Shown here: positions 9,110-20,300 of the stretch, piece by piece
Layout: every line of letters starts with the position of its first letter
Numbering within the stretch: the first letter of the stretch is position 1
From: Myxococcales bacterium
Lineage (GTDB): Bacteria; Myxococcota_A; UBA9042; UBA3505
DNA: 57,788 nt
Direction of reading: 5' to 3'
NCBI GenBank assembly: GCA_963578775.1
Contig: CAUZEG010000005.1
Span: forward strand, 1 to 57,788
Position numbers and translations under genes: made by a program
The notes under the pieces: model-generated
Seen by the model: only the letters and a program-made list of their open reading frames with translations
Databases searched by the model: none
Told to the model about the DNA's origin: nothing

Positions 9110-11734
9110 GGAGACGATCTCGTAGACGTCTTTACTGAGGCCGTCGACCGCCAGGATCCGCTCGAGTTCGGCCTTCATCAAGCCCTTACGATTGGGGTCG
9201 TATTTGGTGTAGCGATTGAAGACCCGGACCAGGCGGGCGGCCACCTGGGGATTTTTTGGATCCAGGCCGATCACATGGTCGGCCACAAAGCGGTACCCCG
9301 CTCCGGTCACGTCATGGAAGGCCGAGTGATTCAACATGGCGAAGGTGCCCACCAGGGAGCGGAAGCGATTCGGGTTGGACGTATCGAAGTCCGGGTGGCT
9401 GGTGAGCTCAATCACATCGTTCAGGCAGCTGCTGCGACGGGATATGGCCTGGATGGCGAACCATTTGTCGGTGACCAGGGCGTCGTCTTTCCACTTGGCG
9501 TAGAACGCGCCCAGGGCCTGCTCCCGTTCGGGACCGTCCGTATGGGCCAGAATGCTGGTCGCGGCCAGTCCATCGGTCATATTGTCGGCGGCCTTATATT
9601 GCTCGAGGCAGCGGCTGTTGATGGCCGGATCGTCGAGCCGGGAGAGGACGCTCAGGGCCAGATTCTTCAGAGTGCGGCGGCCGATAGATGTGCGGTCGAG
9701 GGCGTAGGGCTCGTCGCTGCGATTTTCTTCGTATACGGCCTGGAAGTCGTCTTTGAGTTCTCGCGCCAGCGTTGTGTAGATGAACTCGCGGGCCTCGAAT
9801 AGACCGTCCACATCGACTTCGTCCATCCGTTCGACCAGGTATTGTTCGTCGGGCAGGGTGAGGGCCATGGCGGCCAGCTGTTTGTCGAGGGAGCGGTCGG
9901 TGAGGATGGCTCCGAAGGCGTCGACGAAGCTGTCTTCGAGTTCCATTGGGCGTCCGGCCTGGCGGTCGTTCACCAGGCGGAAGATGGTCTTCAGGGCGAG
10001 GACCTGGCCGGCTTCCCAGCGGTTGAAATTGTCGCTGTCATGGCTGAAGAGGAAGAGGAGGTCCTCCTGGCTCTGCTCCATGTTCAGGTTTACCGGAGCC
10101 GAGAAGTTGCGGAGCACGGAGGGGACCGGCTTTTCGGGCACATTCACAAAGGTGAAGCTCTGTTCGGTGTCGGTAAAGCGCAGCACCCGGGTGGTGACCG
10201 CGGCGCTATCGTCGCCCGCCAACTGCAGCGGCATATCGTTGCCGTCGCTGTCGAGGAGCCCGACGGCGATGGACATCAGGAAGGGGGCCTTTTCGGTCTG
10301 CCCCGGGGTGGGGGCGCAGGCCTGGCGCAGGGTCAGGGTGTAGCTCTGTTGGGCGGCATCGTAGCTGCCAAAGCCCGAGAGAGTGGGGGTACCGGCCTGG
10401 GAATACCAGCTGCGGATCTGTGCGAAGTCGGCGCCGTTGGCGTCTTCGAGGGCGCGGACATAGTCTTCACAGGTGACGGCCTGGCCATCGTGACGCTCGA
10501 AATAGAGGTCCATACCTTTGCGGTAGGCTTCTGGGCCGAGCATGGTGTTCATCATTCGGATGATCTCGGAGCCCTTATTGTACACCGTGCTGGTGTAGAA
10601 GTTGTTCATCTCGATATAGGAATCGGGACGGATCGGGTGGGCCATGGGGCCGGCGTCTTCGGGGAACTGGTTGGCGCGCAGGATGCGGACGTCGCGGATC
10701 CGTTTGACGGCCGGGTGGGTCATATCGGCGGTGAAGCTCTGATCACGGAAGATGGTCAGTCCCTCTTTGAGGGTCAACTGGAACCAGTCCCGCAGGGTGA
10801 CCCGGTTGCCGGTCCAGTTGTGGAAGTATTCGTGGGCGATGACCGCTTCGACGTTCTCGAAGTCCTGGTCGGTGGCGGTGTCGTTACGGGCCAGGACATA
10901 TTTGGTGTTGAAGATGTTCAGGCCCTTATTCTCCATGGCGCCCATATTGAAGAAGGACACGGCGACGATCATGTAGATGTCGAGATCGTATTCGCGGCCG
11001 TAGTTGTCTTCGTCCCAACGCATGGAGCGCTTGAGAGAGCGCATGGCGTGGTCACAGCTGTCGAGGTGGCCCTTTTCGACGTAGATCTCCAGGTCGACGT
11101 TGCGGCCGGAGGTGGTGGTGTAGTCGTCCTTGAGGACGTCCAGGTCGCCGGCCACCAGGGCGAAGAGATAGCTGGCCTTCTTGAAGGGATCTTCCCAACG
11201 GGCCCAATGGCGATTGTTGTCGAGCTCGCCGGTCTCGACCCGGTTGCCGTTGGAGAGGAGCACCGGGTAGCGGGTCTTATCGCCTTCGATGATGGTGGTG
11301 AAACGGGTCATCACATCGGGGCGGTCGAGATAATAGGTGATTTTGCGGAAGCCCTGCGCCTCACATTGGGTGCAGAAGGTGCCGCTCGATTTGTAGAGGC
11401 CCATCAAACTGGTGTTTTCCTGGGGTTTGATGCTGGTCTCGATCTCGAGGGTGAAACGGGTCGGTACGGTGTGGATGGTCAGGAACTCGTCGTCGACCGT
11501 ATAGGCGCTCTCCTCGAGCTCCTCGCCGTTGAGGCGTAGCCAGTGGAGGTTTTGATCGGTGCCGTTCAACGCCAGGGGGGCTCCACCCTCGTTGACCTCG
11601 GGGTTGGCGTAGTATTCGGTGCGGGTCCGAACGATGGTGGCGTCTTCATCGAGGATGAAGCGCAGCTCGACGCTGTCGATGAGATAGTCGGACGGGCGGT
11701 AATCTTTGCGATATTTGGCTTGGGGCTTGGACAT
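9095..11734 (-). CDS. pepN: Aminopeptidase N (M1 family)
   Basis: 879 aa; TQCEAQGFR, GAMENKGLN and HEYFHNWTGNRVT...KEG motifs; C-terminal NPNRFRSLV and NPQVAARL. Confidence 0.97.
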   Translation of the reverse strand: MSKPQAKYRKDYRPSDYLIDSVELRFILDEDATIVRTRTEYYANPEVNEGGAPLALNGTDQNLHWLRLNGEELEESAYTVDDEFLTIHTVPTRFTLEIETSIKPQENTSLMGLYKSSGTFCTQCEAQGFRKITYYLDRPDVMTRFTTIIEGDKTRYPVLLSNGNRVETGELDNNRHWARWEDPFKKASYLFALVAGDLDVLKDDYTTTSGRNVDLEIYVEKGHLDSCDHAMRSLKRSMRWDEDNYGREYDLDIYMIVAVSFFNMGAMENKGLNIFNTKYVLARNDTATDQDFENVEAVIAHEYFHNWTGNRVTLRDWFQLTLKEGLTIFRDQSFTADMTHPAVKRIRDVRILRANQFPEDAGPMAHPIRPDSYIEMNNFYTSTVYNKGSEIIRMMNTMLGPEAYRKGMDLYFERHDGQAVTCEDYVRALEDANGADFAQIRSWYSQAGTPTLSGFGSYDAAQQSYTLTLRQACAPTPGQTEKAPFLMSIAVGLLDSDGNDMPLQLAGDDSAAVTTRVLRFTDTEQSFTFVNVPEKPVPSVLRNFSAPVNLNMEQSQEDLLFLFSHDSDNFNRWEAGQVLALKTIFRLVNDRQAGRPMELEDSFVDAFGAILTDRSLDKQLAAMALTLPDEQYLVERMDEVDVDGLFEAREFIYTTLARELKDDFQAVYEENRSDEPYALDRTSIGRRTLKNLALSVLSRLDDPAINSRCLEQYKAADNMTDGLAATSILAHTDGPEREQALGAFYAKWKDDALVTDKWFAIQAISRRSSCLNDVIELTSHPDFDTSNPNRFRSLVGTFAMLNHSAFHDVTGAGYRFVADHVIGLDPKNPQVAARLVRVFNRYTKYDPNRKGLMKAELERILAVDGLSKDVYEIVSKALA

Positions 11735-11980
11735 CGACCAGACTCATATTCGAGGGGGGAGGGCTCCGGCGGACGACGGGCTCGTACGCGCGCCCGTTAC
11801 GATTCGGAAGCGGCTTCCTATCATCGCCCAGGGCACAAAGCCAGAGAAAATCTATCGTATTGTGGCTGTCTTCGGTAGACAAAATGGCGGATCGGGTTGC
11901 CGCGGCGGGTTGCACAATGGTTGCACCTCGGGGAGAATCAACGGCGGAAATCATTGTTGATCGAATAGGGGATCCCAACG

Positions 11981-13915
11981 TTGCCAACACAGGGCAATTC
12001 ATATGTCGTCCGTCCGCGGGCGTCTGGCCGTGGCCGGTCGCAGATCTGGGTCATGCTGGCTGCGCTGTGGCTTATGGGCTTCGGCCCGATGGACTCCGCG
12101 GATGCCCAGGAGGCCAAGAAGGTCGAGGATCCCAAGGCGACGGAAGAGGCGGCACCGGTTGAAAAAGTCCAGCGCAGCGTTACGGATGATGGGGCGACGG
12201 TGGAGGTCGTTCCCAAAGGGAAAACCCAGACGGTTCGTATACAGAAGTGCATTACAGACGATGGTCGCTTGATCGAAATCCTGGACCGGAAAAATCCACG
12301 TCCCTTCAAGGATGGGGCCCCGGAGTTGGACGCCGATGCCGAGCAACGTTGCCAGATGTTTGGCGGGCATACGGTCATGGTCGCCCCCAAGAAGACCAGG
12401 ACGCCGCTCAAAAAAGACGGTGAGCCGGTAAAGAAGAGGATTGGCCCCATCCCCTTTGTGGAGGGTGAGTTGGCCAAGGTGGGGTCCATTGGACTGGTCC
12501 CATGGGAGAACCGATTTGGGCTGGTCACGGGCCTGGAGCGTCTGGGCGAGGTGTTCTATGTATCCCTTCGACCCGAGATCAACCATACCCGGGAGGTATT
12601 GGGCGGACCGTTGACCATGAGCTTTGGGCTACCGGTTCGGATCCAGTTGCTGGATTCCCGGGCGGATCGACGCTGGGATGATCTGGGGGCTATTCGAAGT
12701 CAGGACTGGGATGAGCCGAGCGACTACGCGCGCATCATCCAATACATTCGGATGGGCGGGAAAGAAGAGCGCTTCTTTTTCGAGGTCAACTCGTTTTCGG
12801 CCAACTCCATCGGCCATGGAACCCTGCTCAAGCGCTATAATCCGAACCTCAATCTGAACACCCGGCGGGTGAGCGCCCAGTTCGACGCCTTCATGGACTA
12901 TGGCGGTATCGAGACCTATGTGAATGATATTACCGGGCCCAATGTTCTGGGCGGCCTGGTCTTCTTGAAGCCCTTGAGTGTGATCGATCGGAGCAACTAC
13001 TTCCTACGATCCTTCTCGGTGGGTTTTTCTATGGCGGCGGATCTGGATGCTCCTCTGCGCAATCGCCTGGATGAAGACGATCTGGATGGAGATGGGCGTC
13101 GTTTCAATGAGATCCAGATCGATCAGACCACCTTCCAGCCCGACTATCTGGGCAGCTCCGTCATTGGCTACGGCTTTGATGTGGAGTTCAAGCTGTTGGA
13201 CCGTCGGGAGATCGATTGGAAGATGTATTTCGACCATTCGACCTTGATCACTGGGCTTCCGACCGATGATCCGGCCAATCCGGTGTGGACCGATGTACCC
13301 ACCAAGAGCGTGAAGGCGAGCGGTCTGACCATCGGGAATCTCTTCCGGCATAATCTTGGGATTAATCCGGTGCATGCGCTGCGGTTCCGGGTCGAGTATC
13401 GGCGCCATGATCCCAATTATGTGCCCGCCTATTTCGACACTCTCTACGAGATCCAGCGGGTGCAATATCTCAGTAGCAAGCAGACGAGCAGTGTCGATAT
13501 CGCCAACCAGACCAAGTTGCAGAAGGTGCTGGGGCGAGACCCGTCGGGGCCGATGATCAACGGTCTGTACGTGGAGGGCAGCTGGCGCGTCTCCCACTAT
13601 CTGGCCCTGGCCATCGGATTGGAAGTCAACGATTCCGAGAACGATAAGAATCTGTTCGTTCATCTGGAGGTGCCCCATCTGGGTCGTTTGCAGTTCCTGG
13701 CCACCTACCAACGGCGTACGGCCCAGTCCTTCGCCGATCTGTTCGACTTCTCCTTTGGCAATAACGATATTTTCATCATGAAGACGCGTTACGGTGTGGC
13801 GGATGCCCTACATTTCAATCTGGAGGTCCTGACCCCGTTCGGGATCGGGCCGGAGAGCTTGTTCCGAAATACGGTGCAAGTAAATCTGAATGCTGAACTT
13901 GGATTTTCCTACTGA
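11981..13915 (+). CDS. Hypothetical exported protein, probable outer-membrane beta-barrel
   Basis: 644 aa ORF with a signal-like N-terminus, alternating amphipathic strands and a terminal aromatic residue (LGFSY). Contains a DxDGDG Ca-binding-like loop. Start uncertain. Confidence 0.6.
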   Translation: MPTQGNSYVVRPRASGRGRSQIWVMLAALWLMGFGPMDSADAQEAKKVEDPKATEEAAPVEKVQRSVTDDGATVEVVPKGKTQTVRIQKCITDDGRLIEILDRKNPRPFKDGAPELDADAEQRCQMFGGHTVMVAPKKTRTPLKKDGEPVKKRIGPIPFVEGELAKVGSIGLVPWENRFGLVTGLERLGEVFYVSLRPEINHTREVLGGPLTMSFGLPVRIQLLDSRADRRWDDLGAIRSQDWDEPSDYARIIQYIRMGGKEERFFFEVNSFSANSIGHGTLLKRYNPNLNLNTRRVSAQFDAFMDYGGIETYVNDITGPNVLGGLVFLKPLSVIDRSNYFLRSFSVGFSMAADLDAPLRNRLDEDDLDGDGRRFNEIQIDQTTFQPDYLGSSVIGYGFDVEFKLLDRREIDWKMYFDHSTLITGLPTDDPANPVWTDVPTKSVKASGLTIGNLFRHNLGINPVHALRFRVEYRRHDPNYVPAYFDTLYEIQRVQYLSSKQTSSVDIANQTKLQKVLGRDPSGPMINGLYVEGSWRVSHYLALAIGLEVNDSENDKNLFVHLEVPHLGRLQFLATYQRRTAQSFADLFDFSFGNNDIFIMKTRYGVADALHFNLEVLTPFGIGPESLFRNTVQVNLNAELGFSY

Positions 13916-14790
13916 TGCGACGACGATTCCATACTACCGCCACCCTGCTTGTGGTTCTGCTTCTCGGCTGTGCCTTTGTACAGTCGGCCTTTGAATATAC
14001 CTTCGGGGGGGAGTTCATTCCGGAGGTCGACGAGGAGCTGGACTGGCCACATGTGGATGAATTGACGGGCCTGTCTCCGGAAGAGATGGCCGAGATCCCG
14101 GGCTTTCCAACCACCCTTGAGCAGGGCACCTTTGCCCATCTACAGGGGGCTATGAACGCCACAGGCGAGTGTGCGAAGTCCTTTGTTCTGGCGGAGTTCG
14201 GTGAGGACGATCGGGTCACCAATCTGGTGGTCACCGTAACCAACTGCACCGGAACCTCGAACTGCGCCACCAAGTGTCAGGGCTATTTCGGCATGTTGTT
14301 TGAAGCCTCAATCGATCTGCTGCTGCTGGACGATGAGCAGTCGGCCGAGTTGACCAAGAATCTGGCCTCATTGACCCCCGATGCGATTGTGCAGATCCGG
14401 TTGCAGATCATGGTGATGGAGTTGTTCCAGGATGAGGCCGGTGTACGGAAGGTGGTGACCGGGCTTGTGGAAGAGTTTGGGCTATTTCTTCGGAATGAAG
14501 ATGGGGACGAGGCCCTCGTGCTGAAACATGCCTACCTGGAGAAGATCGCGACCATGGGGCAAAACGAGGAGACGCCGCAACGCTTTGATGTGGATGGGAC
14601 CAGCACCTTTACGAAACAGCTCAAGGAAGACGTATTATCGGGCGAAGAGACCTATGTGACGCTGGCCCTTCGTATGAAGGTGCCACAGGCGAATCTATAC
14701 GAACTTCGAATCGATGGCGGCGGGATCGCCATGAAGATGCAGCCGGAGTTTATTTTGAGCGTGGTGGACGCGGTTCTGGGTGGAGACTAG
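13915..14790 (+). CDS. Hypothetical lipoprotein
   Basis: 291 aa; lipobox LLGC; start overlaps the upstream stop. Confidence 0.7.
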   Translation: MRRRFHTTATLLVVLLLGCAFVQSAFEYTFGGEFIPEVDEELDWPHVDELTGLSPEEMAEIPGFPTTLEQGTFAHLQGAMNATGECAKSFVLAEFGEDDRVTNLVVTVTNCTGTSNCATKCQGYFGMLFEASIDLLLLDDEQSAELTKNLASLTPDAIVQIRLQIMVMELFQDEAGVRKVVTGLVEEFGLFLRNEDGDEALVLKHAYLEKIATMGQNEETPQRFDVDGTSTFTKQLKEDVLSGEETYVTLALRMKVPQANLYELRIDGGGIAMKMQPEFILSVVDAVLGGD

Positions 14791-17357
14791 TGAGTATGAC
14801 GAAACCAACTCCAATACGAGCTATCGCTGTGCTGATGCCGGCATTGATGCTGTGGGGCTGTCCGGAATATAACAATCCGGGGACGGCGCCGGTTGTGCCC
14901 GATGTGTCCGATTCCTACTTTGCCGGGGTGGGCGTTGGGGAGGCCTGTACGGAAACCGACGATTGCCGTGATGGTCTGAGCTGCGGCTCGAATATCTGCA
15001 GCCCCTCGGGCGAAGGTCTGGCCAATGAAAAATGCCTGCTGACCGAGGAATGTAGTCCGGGCCTGCATTGCGGCTGGGCGGGATTCTGCGTGCCGGAAGG
15101 GGACGGAGAGATCGGCGAACAATGTGCGGCGGCCATGGACTGCCGCCGGGGGCTGTTCTGTGCCCTGCAGGCCCTGGGGGGCTATTGTGCCGAACCCAGT
15201 GCAGATGCGGGCGACCTGGGGGCGGCATGCAGTGATACGAGCGACTGTCTGGCCGGTCTGGCCTGTTCGTTGAACGATGGTGAATGCGCGCCGGGCAGCG
15301 TCCTGCTGACCCAGGCATTGTTCAAAGGGGTGACCTGTCCCGAGGGTGAAGAGGAGTTGGCGTTCGGGGCTCGTATGGCGGTCCCGCAGTCGGTCGATGG
15401 CTTCTATTCGATCCCATACCCCAATAATGTACATCTTGTGGACGGGCGGGTGGATCTCAGCCGTCATCCCCGGCCGGGTCCAGGCCTGGCGGGCTTCGAC
15501 ACCGTCGGGGCCCTGGTCGACGGGATTTCCGCCGATATGGAGGGCTTTTCGGTGAATCCGGCGATCTATTTTCGCTTTACTCGCCCCGTGGATCTCGACA
15601 GCGTGCGCCTGGATGGGGCCGACCCGACGGTCGTGGTTGTGAATCTGGATTCCGGTCAGGTGGAGACGACCCCCTTCTTTGTTCGCTTCGTGACGAAGCG
15701 TAATAAGTATATCTGTACGAATCATCTGGTACTGCATCCCGTCTGGGGGCAGCCCCTGGCGGGCGATACGACCTACGCGGTCATCATCACCGACGGGGTG
15801 CGGAGCCTGGTAGAGGAGGGCTCTGCAGCTGAGGCCGAAACGCCGGTCTCCCTGGATGATCTGGCCGTACTACTGGGGGACGAGGAGCCCGAGGGCGCTG
15901 CGGCGGCCTGGCAAGCCTACGCGCCGTTGCGAAGCTATCTTACGAGTCATCCGAGCCCAGCTAAAGAGCGTATTGTGGCTGCCACCGTATTTACGACCCA
16001 GGATCCCCATCGGACCGCATCCGCCCTGCGAAGCCTGGTGCGGGCGCAGGATGCAGCCGAGTTTCATGTCTTCAATGGTGAGTTCGTTGTATGCAGTGAA
16101 GCCGGGACCTCACCCTGCAAGACTCCCAACTGGGAGAATACCCTGGCGGGGCAGGAGGGATTGTCGGACCCGCGGGATTGTCCCGCCAATGGTTCTTCGC
16201 TGTATCATGAGATCCATGCCCAGCTCCGGGTACCTCGCATCCAGGCCGGTGAACGCCCCTATCTGGAGAGCGGCGGGAATCTGGTCTTTGAAAACGGAGA
16301 GCCGGTGATACAGGGCTGGGACACGGTTTGCATGGCCATATCGATTCCCAAGGTCCCGATGCCGGCGACGGGTTGGCCGGTGTTGATGTATGGCCATGGC
16401 ACCGATGGGAGTTTCCGGAAGGGTCTGCAATTTATGGCGGCGCCGTTCTCCATGATTGCGGTAGATGGTGGGTTGGAACATATGGCGGTAGTCGGTCTTG
16501 ACCAGCCCATGCATGGCAACCGGCGTGGGGGGGCTGGCGCCGATAAAGGACCCGGGCCCTTATTCTACAACTACCGGAATCCACCGGCGGCCAGAGGAAA
16601 TAACTACCAGGCGGTGGTCGACAACTACGCCCTTATTCGCTTTCTGGAAGCCGTCGAGGCGGATATCGGCAGCATTGGCCCGGTTCGTTTCGACACAAGT
16701 CGGGTGGGCTATCATGGACATTCCCAGGGGGGTGCCAGTGGTGTTCTATGCGGTCCCAACGAGCCGACCATTGGAGCGATGACCCTGAGCGGGACGGGGG
16801 GCTCTCTGGTGTACAGTATGCTTGGAAAGGCGCAGCCCTACGATACCTCGGTGGCCATACGAATCGCCGCCCACGAAGTGGAGATGGATGCCAATCATCC
16901 GGTTCTGCATCTGATTCAACACTATTTCGATGAAACGGATCCTGCGGTGCATGGGGTTCGCTTCGCGGATCCCCCAAGCGGGGTGGGTACGAATGTGCTG
17001 GATGTCTATGGTCGAGCGGATACCTTCACGCCGCCCGAAGCCATCGAGGTGATGGCCAGTTCAATCGGGGGCGATCTGGGGGTAGAGCCCGGGGCGGTGA
17101 CCGAGATGAATCAGGTCCCCGAAATTCGTTCCACATCCGTGGTTTCTCTGCCTCTTACCGGCAATCGGACGGTAGCGGGCCAGACCGTGACCCACGCGGT
17201 GGTGGAACATAGCAACCCCCTCGTGGACGATCCCGGCGCCAATGACGCGAACGCCGATGGGCATTTCGTCTTCATCAAGAACGAAAAGGCGGTCTTGCAG
17301 ATTCAGCAATTTTTTGGGACCTGGTTGGCCAACGGCACCGCCACGGTTGTGGAGTAG
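14790..17357 (+). CDS. Lipoprotein with Cys-rich N-terminal repeats, Ig-like region and C-terminal alpha/beta-hydrolase (lipase-like) domain
   Basis: Lipobox LWGC; CxxxxDCxxGLxC repeats; YGHGT oxyanion region; GHSQG nucleophile motif; late DGH. Confidence 0.8.
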   Translation: MSMTKPTPIRAIAVLMPALMLWGCPEYNNPGTAPVVPDVSDSYFAGVGVGEACTETDDCRDGLSCGSNICSPSGEGLANEKCLLTEECSPGLHCGWAGFCVPEGDGEIGEQCAAAMDCRRGLFCALQALGGYCAEPSADAGDLGAACSDTSDCLAGLACSLNDGECAPGSVLLTQALFKGVTCPEGEEELAFGARMAVPQSVDGFYSIPYPNNVHLVDGRVDLSRHPRPGPGLAGFDTVGALVDGISADMEGFSVNPAIYFRFTRPVDLDSVRLDGADPTVVVVNLDSGQVETTPFFVRFVTKRNKYICTNHLVLHPVWGQPLAGDTTYAVIITDGVRSLVEEGSAAEAETPVSLDDLAVLLGDEEPEGAAAAWQAYAPLRSYLTSHPSPAKERIVAATVFTTQDPHRTASALRSLVRAQDAAEFHVFNGEFVVCSEAGTSPCKTPNWENTLAGQEGLSDPRDCPANGSSLYHEIHAQLRVPRIQAGERPYLESGGNLVFENGEPVIQGWDTVCMAISIPKVPMPATGWPVLMYGHGTDGSFRKGLQFMAAPFSMIAVDGGLEHMAVVGLDQPMHGNRRGGAGADKGPGPLFYNYRNPPAARGNNYQAVVDNYALIRFLEAVEADIGSIGPVRFDTSRVGYHGHSQGGASGVLCGPNEPTIGAMTLSGTGGSLVYSMLGKAQPYDTSVAIRIAAHEVEMDANHPVLHLIQHYFDETDPAVHGVRFADPPSGVGTNVLDVYGRADTFTPPEAIEVMASSIGGDLGVEPGAVTEMNQVPEIRSTSVVSLPLTGNRTVAGQTVTHAVVEHSNPLVDDPGANDANADGHFVFIKNEKAVLQIQQFFGTWLANGTATVVE

Positions 17358-20300
17358 GTGGGAGCAACCACGGCTATGAAAAGAGGCTTTTATCGACTGT
17401 TGTCTCTGGATCCGAGCGATCAACCTCGTTTGTGGTTGTTAGCTCCATCCTTTGCAATTTCGGCGGCGACCCTCATCATCCTGGCGAGTGTGTCCAAAGC
17501 ACTCTTTCTGGCGGCCCATCCGGTCAGTCGTTTGCCCTGGCTGTATCTGGGATCGGCGCTCTTTACCGCGGTCATCGCGCTGAGCTATGTCCATTCGATC
17601 GAACGGACTTCCCTGGAGCGACGGTTCCGGGTCCTTTTGTCGGCTGCGATTGTTTCCTTCGGGGTGATCCGGCTGATCTTTCCGAGCAATCCGGAGATCA
17701 TGTCGATCGTGATCTTTTTATGGTGCCCGGGGGTGGGATATCTGGTGGCCGTGCAGGCCTGGAATATGTCCTCTTCGCTTCTGCCCACCCGGCAGGCCAA
17801 GCGATTGGTGCCAGTGCTGGCTTCACTCGCCACCCTTGGAGCCGTTCTAGGAGGACTGTTGGTACAGCTGTTCTTGACCTGGAGTGCGTCCGAGAATCTG
17901 ATCTGGTTAGCGGTGGCCTTGCTTAGTGTATTATTGCTCACAGTAGGTCATGCGTGTGAAAAATTACGAGGGCAGCTGGCATTTCGTGGGCCGGCCGTTC
18001 GGCCTCGTATGAACGAGAGCCGGGAGGATGCCTCGGCCGAAATAAAGCGGGACGAGTCGATCCGATCGCTCTTTCGTCAACCGATGCTCCGGAATCTCGC
18101 GCTTTTTGTATTCATGGCCCAGGTGGCGTCCCTGGTCGTGGATTACCAGTTCAGCGCGGAGATTCAGGGCCGTTATCGTGATCCCGACGCCATGGCCTCG
18201 TTCCTGGGGGCCTATTATTGGATTGCCAATCTGGTGATCTTCGTGCTGACCCTCTTTGTGACCCGTCGGGTGGTCCGGGTGTTGGGTATTGGAGTTGCGC
18301 TCTGTGCTGGTGTGGTTTTTCTGGCCCTGGGAAGCGGGAGCTATCTTGTGGCGGTCAGCTCCGGTCTGTTGCCCGCCTTCTGGGTGATCACCACCACCGC
18401 CTTCATGGAGCGACTGGGGCACTTCGCCTTGACCCGAAGCGCCACGCAGATGTTGGTGATGCCCCTGGATACCCGTACGGGCGAACGGGCGAAGACCCTG
18501 GTGGACGGGGTGGTCTATAAGGTGGCGTCCGTGGCGGGCGCTCTCTGCCTGTTGGTCTTTGTGAACGTGGACATCCACCTCTTATCCCTGCTGGCGGTTG
18601 TTGCCGCCTTTGCGGCGGTTTGGCTTGGCCTGCGAATGGGTCCTCTATATCGGGATATTCTATTCGACGCCTTGAAGGAGCGAAAACTCCACGTCACGGT
18701 TACCCGTTATCTTCGTAATGGTCTGGGACGGCGGGCGACTCGGCAATTGGAAGATCGATTGATCTCCGATGATCGGGAAACGGTAATTGGGGCCTTGTCC
18801 ATGGTTCGCGATCTGGGCCTTCCCGTAAAACAGGGCCAGCTGGATATATTGGCCGCGTCGGATGACGATACAGCGGCAGGGTTGAGCCTGGAAGTGATGC
18901 AGGTTCTGGGGCGAAGGCCGTCACCACTGCTTCTGATTGTGCTGCTGAATCCGGAGCGGCCGGTGGACCTTCTGCGCCGCACATTGAAGACACTCCCCTA
19001 CGAGAATATGCCTGGTCTTGATAAAGCGATTCACAAGCTTATCGACCATCCCGATGAAGCGGTCTCCTCTCTGGCCGGCGTCTTCTGGATGCGTGTTTCG
19101 GGCGGCTATACCACCGGCGAAATCGAGCGCGAGATCGATCAGGACGAGAGCCCCGAGCGGTATCTGGATGTCCATGCCCGGCCACCGCGGGCGGTCACAG
19201 GTCAAGTCAAAGTGATTGAAATCGCACGGGAGTTACCGGAAAAATTAAAGGACCCGTCGATGGAGGTACGACGGAATACGGTACGGACCATGGGCGAGCT
19301 GGGTCTACCCAAGTTCGTTGAGCATCTGGTGGAATGTCTGAAAGATCCCGATCTTCGACCCGACGCGGTTCGTGCTCTGGTTTCCTACGGAGCGGATGTG
19401 CTCTCCGACCTGAATGGTTATCTGAAGGATGATCTGGTCGGACGGGAAGGTCGCCTGGCAATTACCCGCATCGCCGCAAAGATAGGGGGTATGGAGGCGA
19501 TGGCCGTATTGGAGGGGGAGGTGGAGGCCCAGGAACAGGAGAGCCGTACCCACGCGCTTGCGGCAATGTGGCGGCTGGTTCGAAATCCGGCCGAGATCCG
19601 GCCTGAGCCGGAGTGGTGCCGGTCGATGGTATTGCGGGAGCTGGAAACCCTGAAGCATTATGCGGCGATTGAGGTGTGGACACCCAAGACGATCGATCCA
19701 CGCATGCAGTTTTTTCGGGAGGAACTGGTGGGACTGCGGAACGCGGCCGAACGGCGGGTCTTCTACCTGCTGGGGATGCTCTATCCCCGAGATGCTATGT
19801 ACAAGGCCTACCTGTATTACCGCAGTGAAAATACCCGATCCCGCTCCAATGCTCTCGAGTTACTTGATCAGCACATTTCCGATTCGTCCCTGCGTGTATT
19901 TGTGATGCTGGTAGAAGGGGCCGAAGAGACAACCGGAGAGGTTCGACCCCGGTCCAGCATTTTTCTACCGATTCTGGACAACGCCGATCCGCTGACCCTT
20001 CTGGGCGGACCCGACGCCTGGCTGCGACGAGTGTGGGATTGGGCCCACACCCCGGACGAGGTCGACGAGGATACGCGGGTGGCCCTCGACCGTGCCGTAG
20101 AATTCACCCGCCTACGTGTATTTGAGGGGATCAATGGTCCCGAGCTACTGGAACTAGCGCGCAGAATGGTCCCCACCATGGTGGCCAGGGGTGATGTGAT
20201 CGTCGAGCAGGGGGAGGAAGCCCACCATCTTCATGTGGTGATGGGTGGAGAGGTTGCCGTATTCGTTCACGGCCAGGAGGTCGCTCATCTTGGCGACCAG

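Noticed and set aside
9842-11539. 565-aa plus-strand ORF
   Set aside because: Antisense shadow of pepN, typical of high-GC codon bias.
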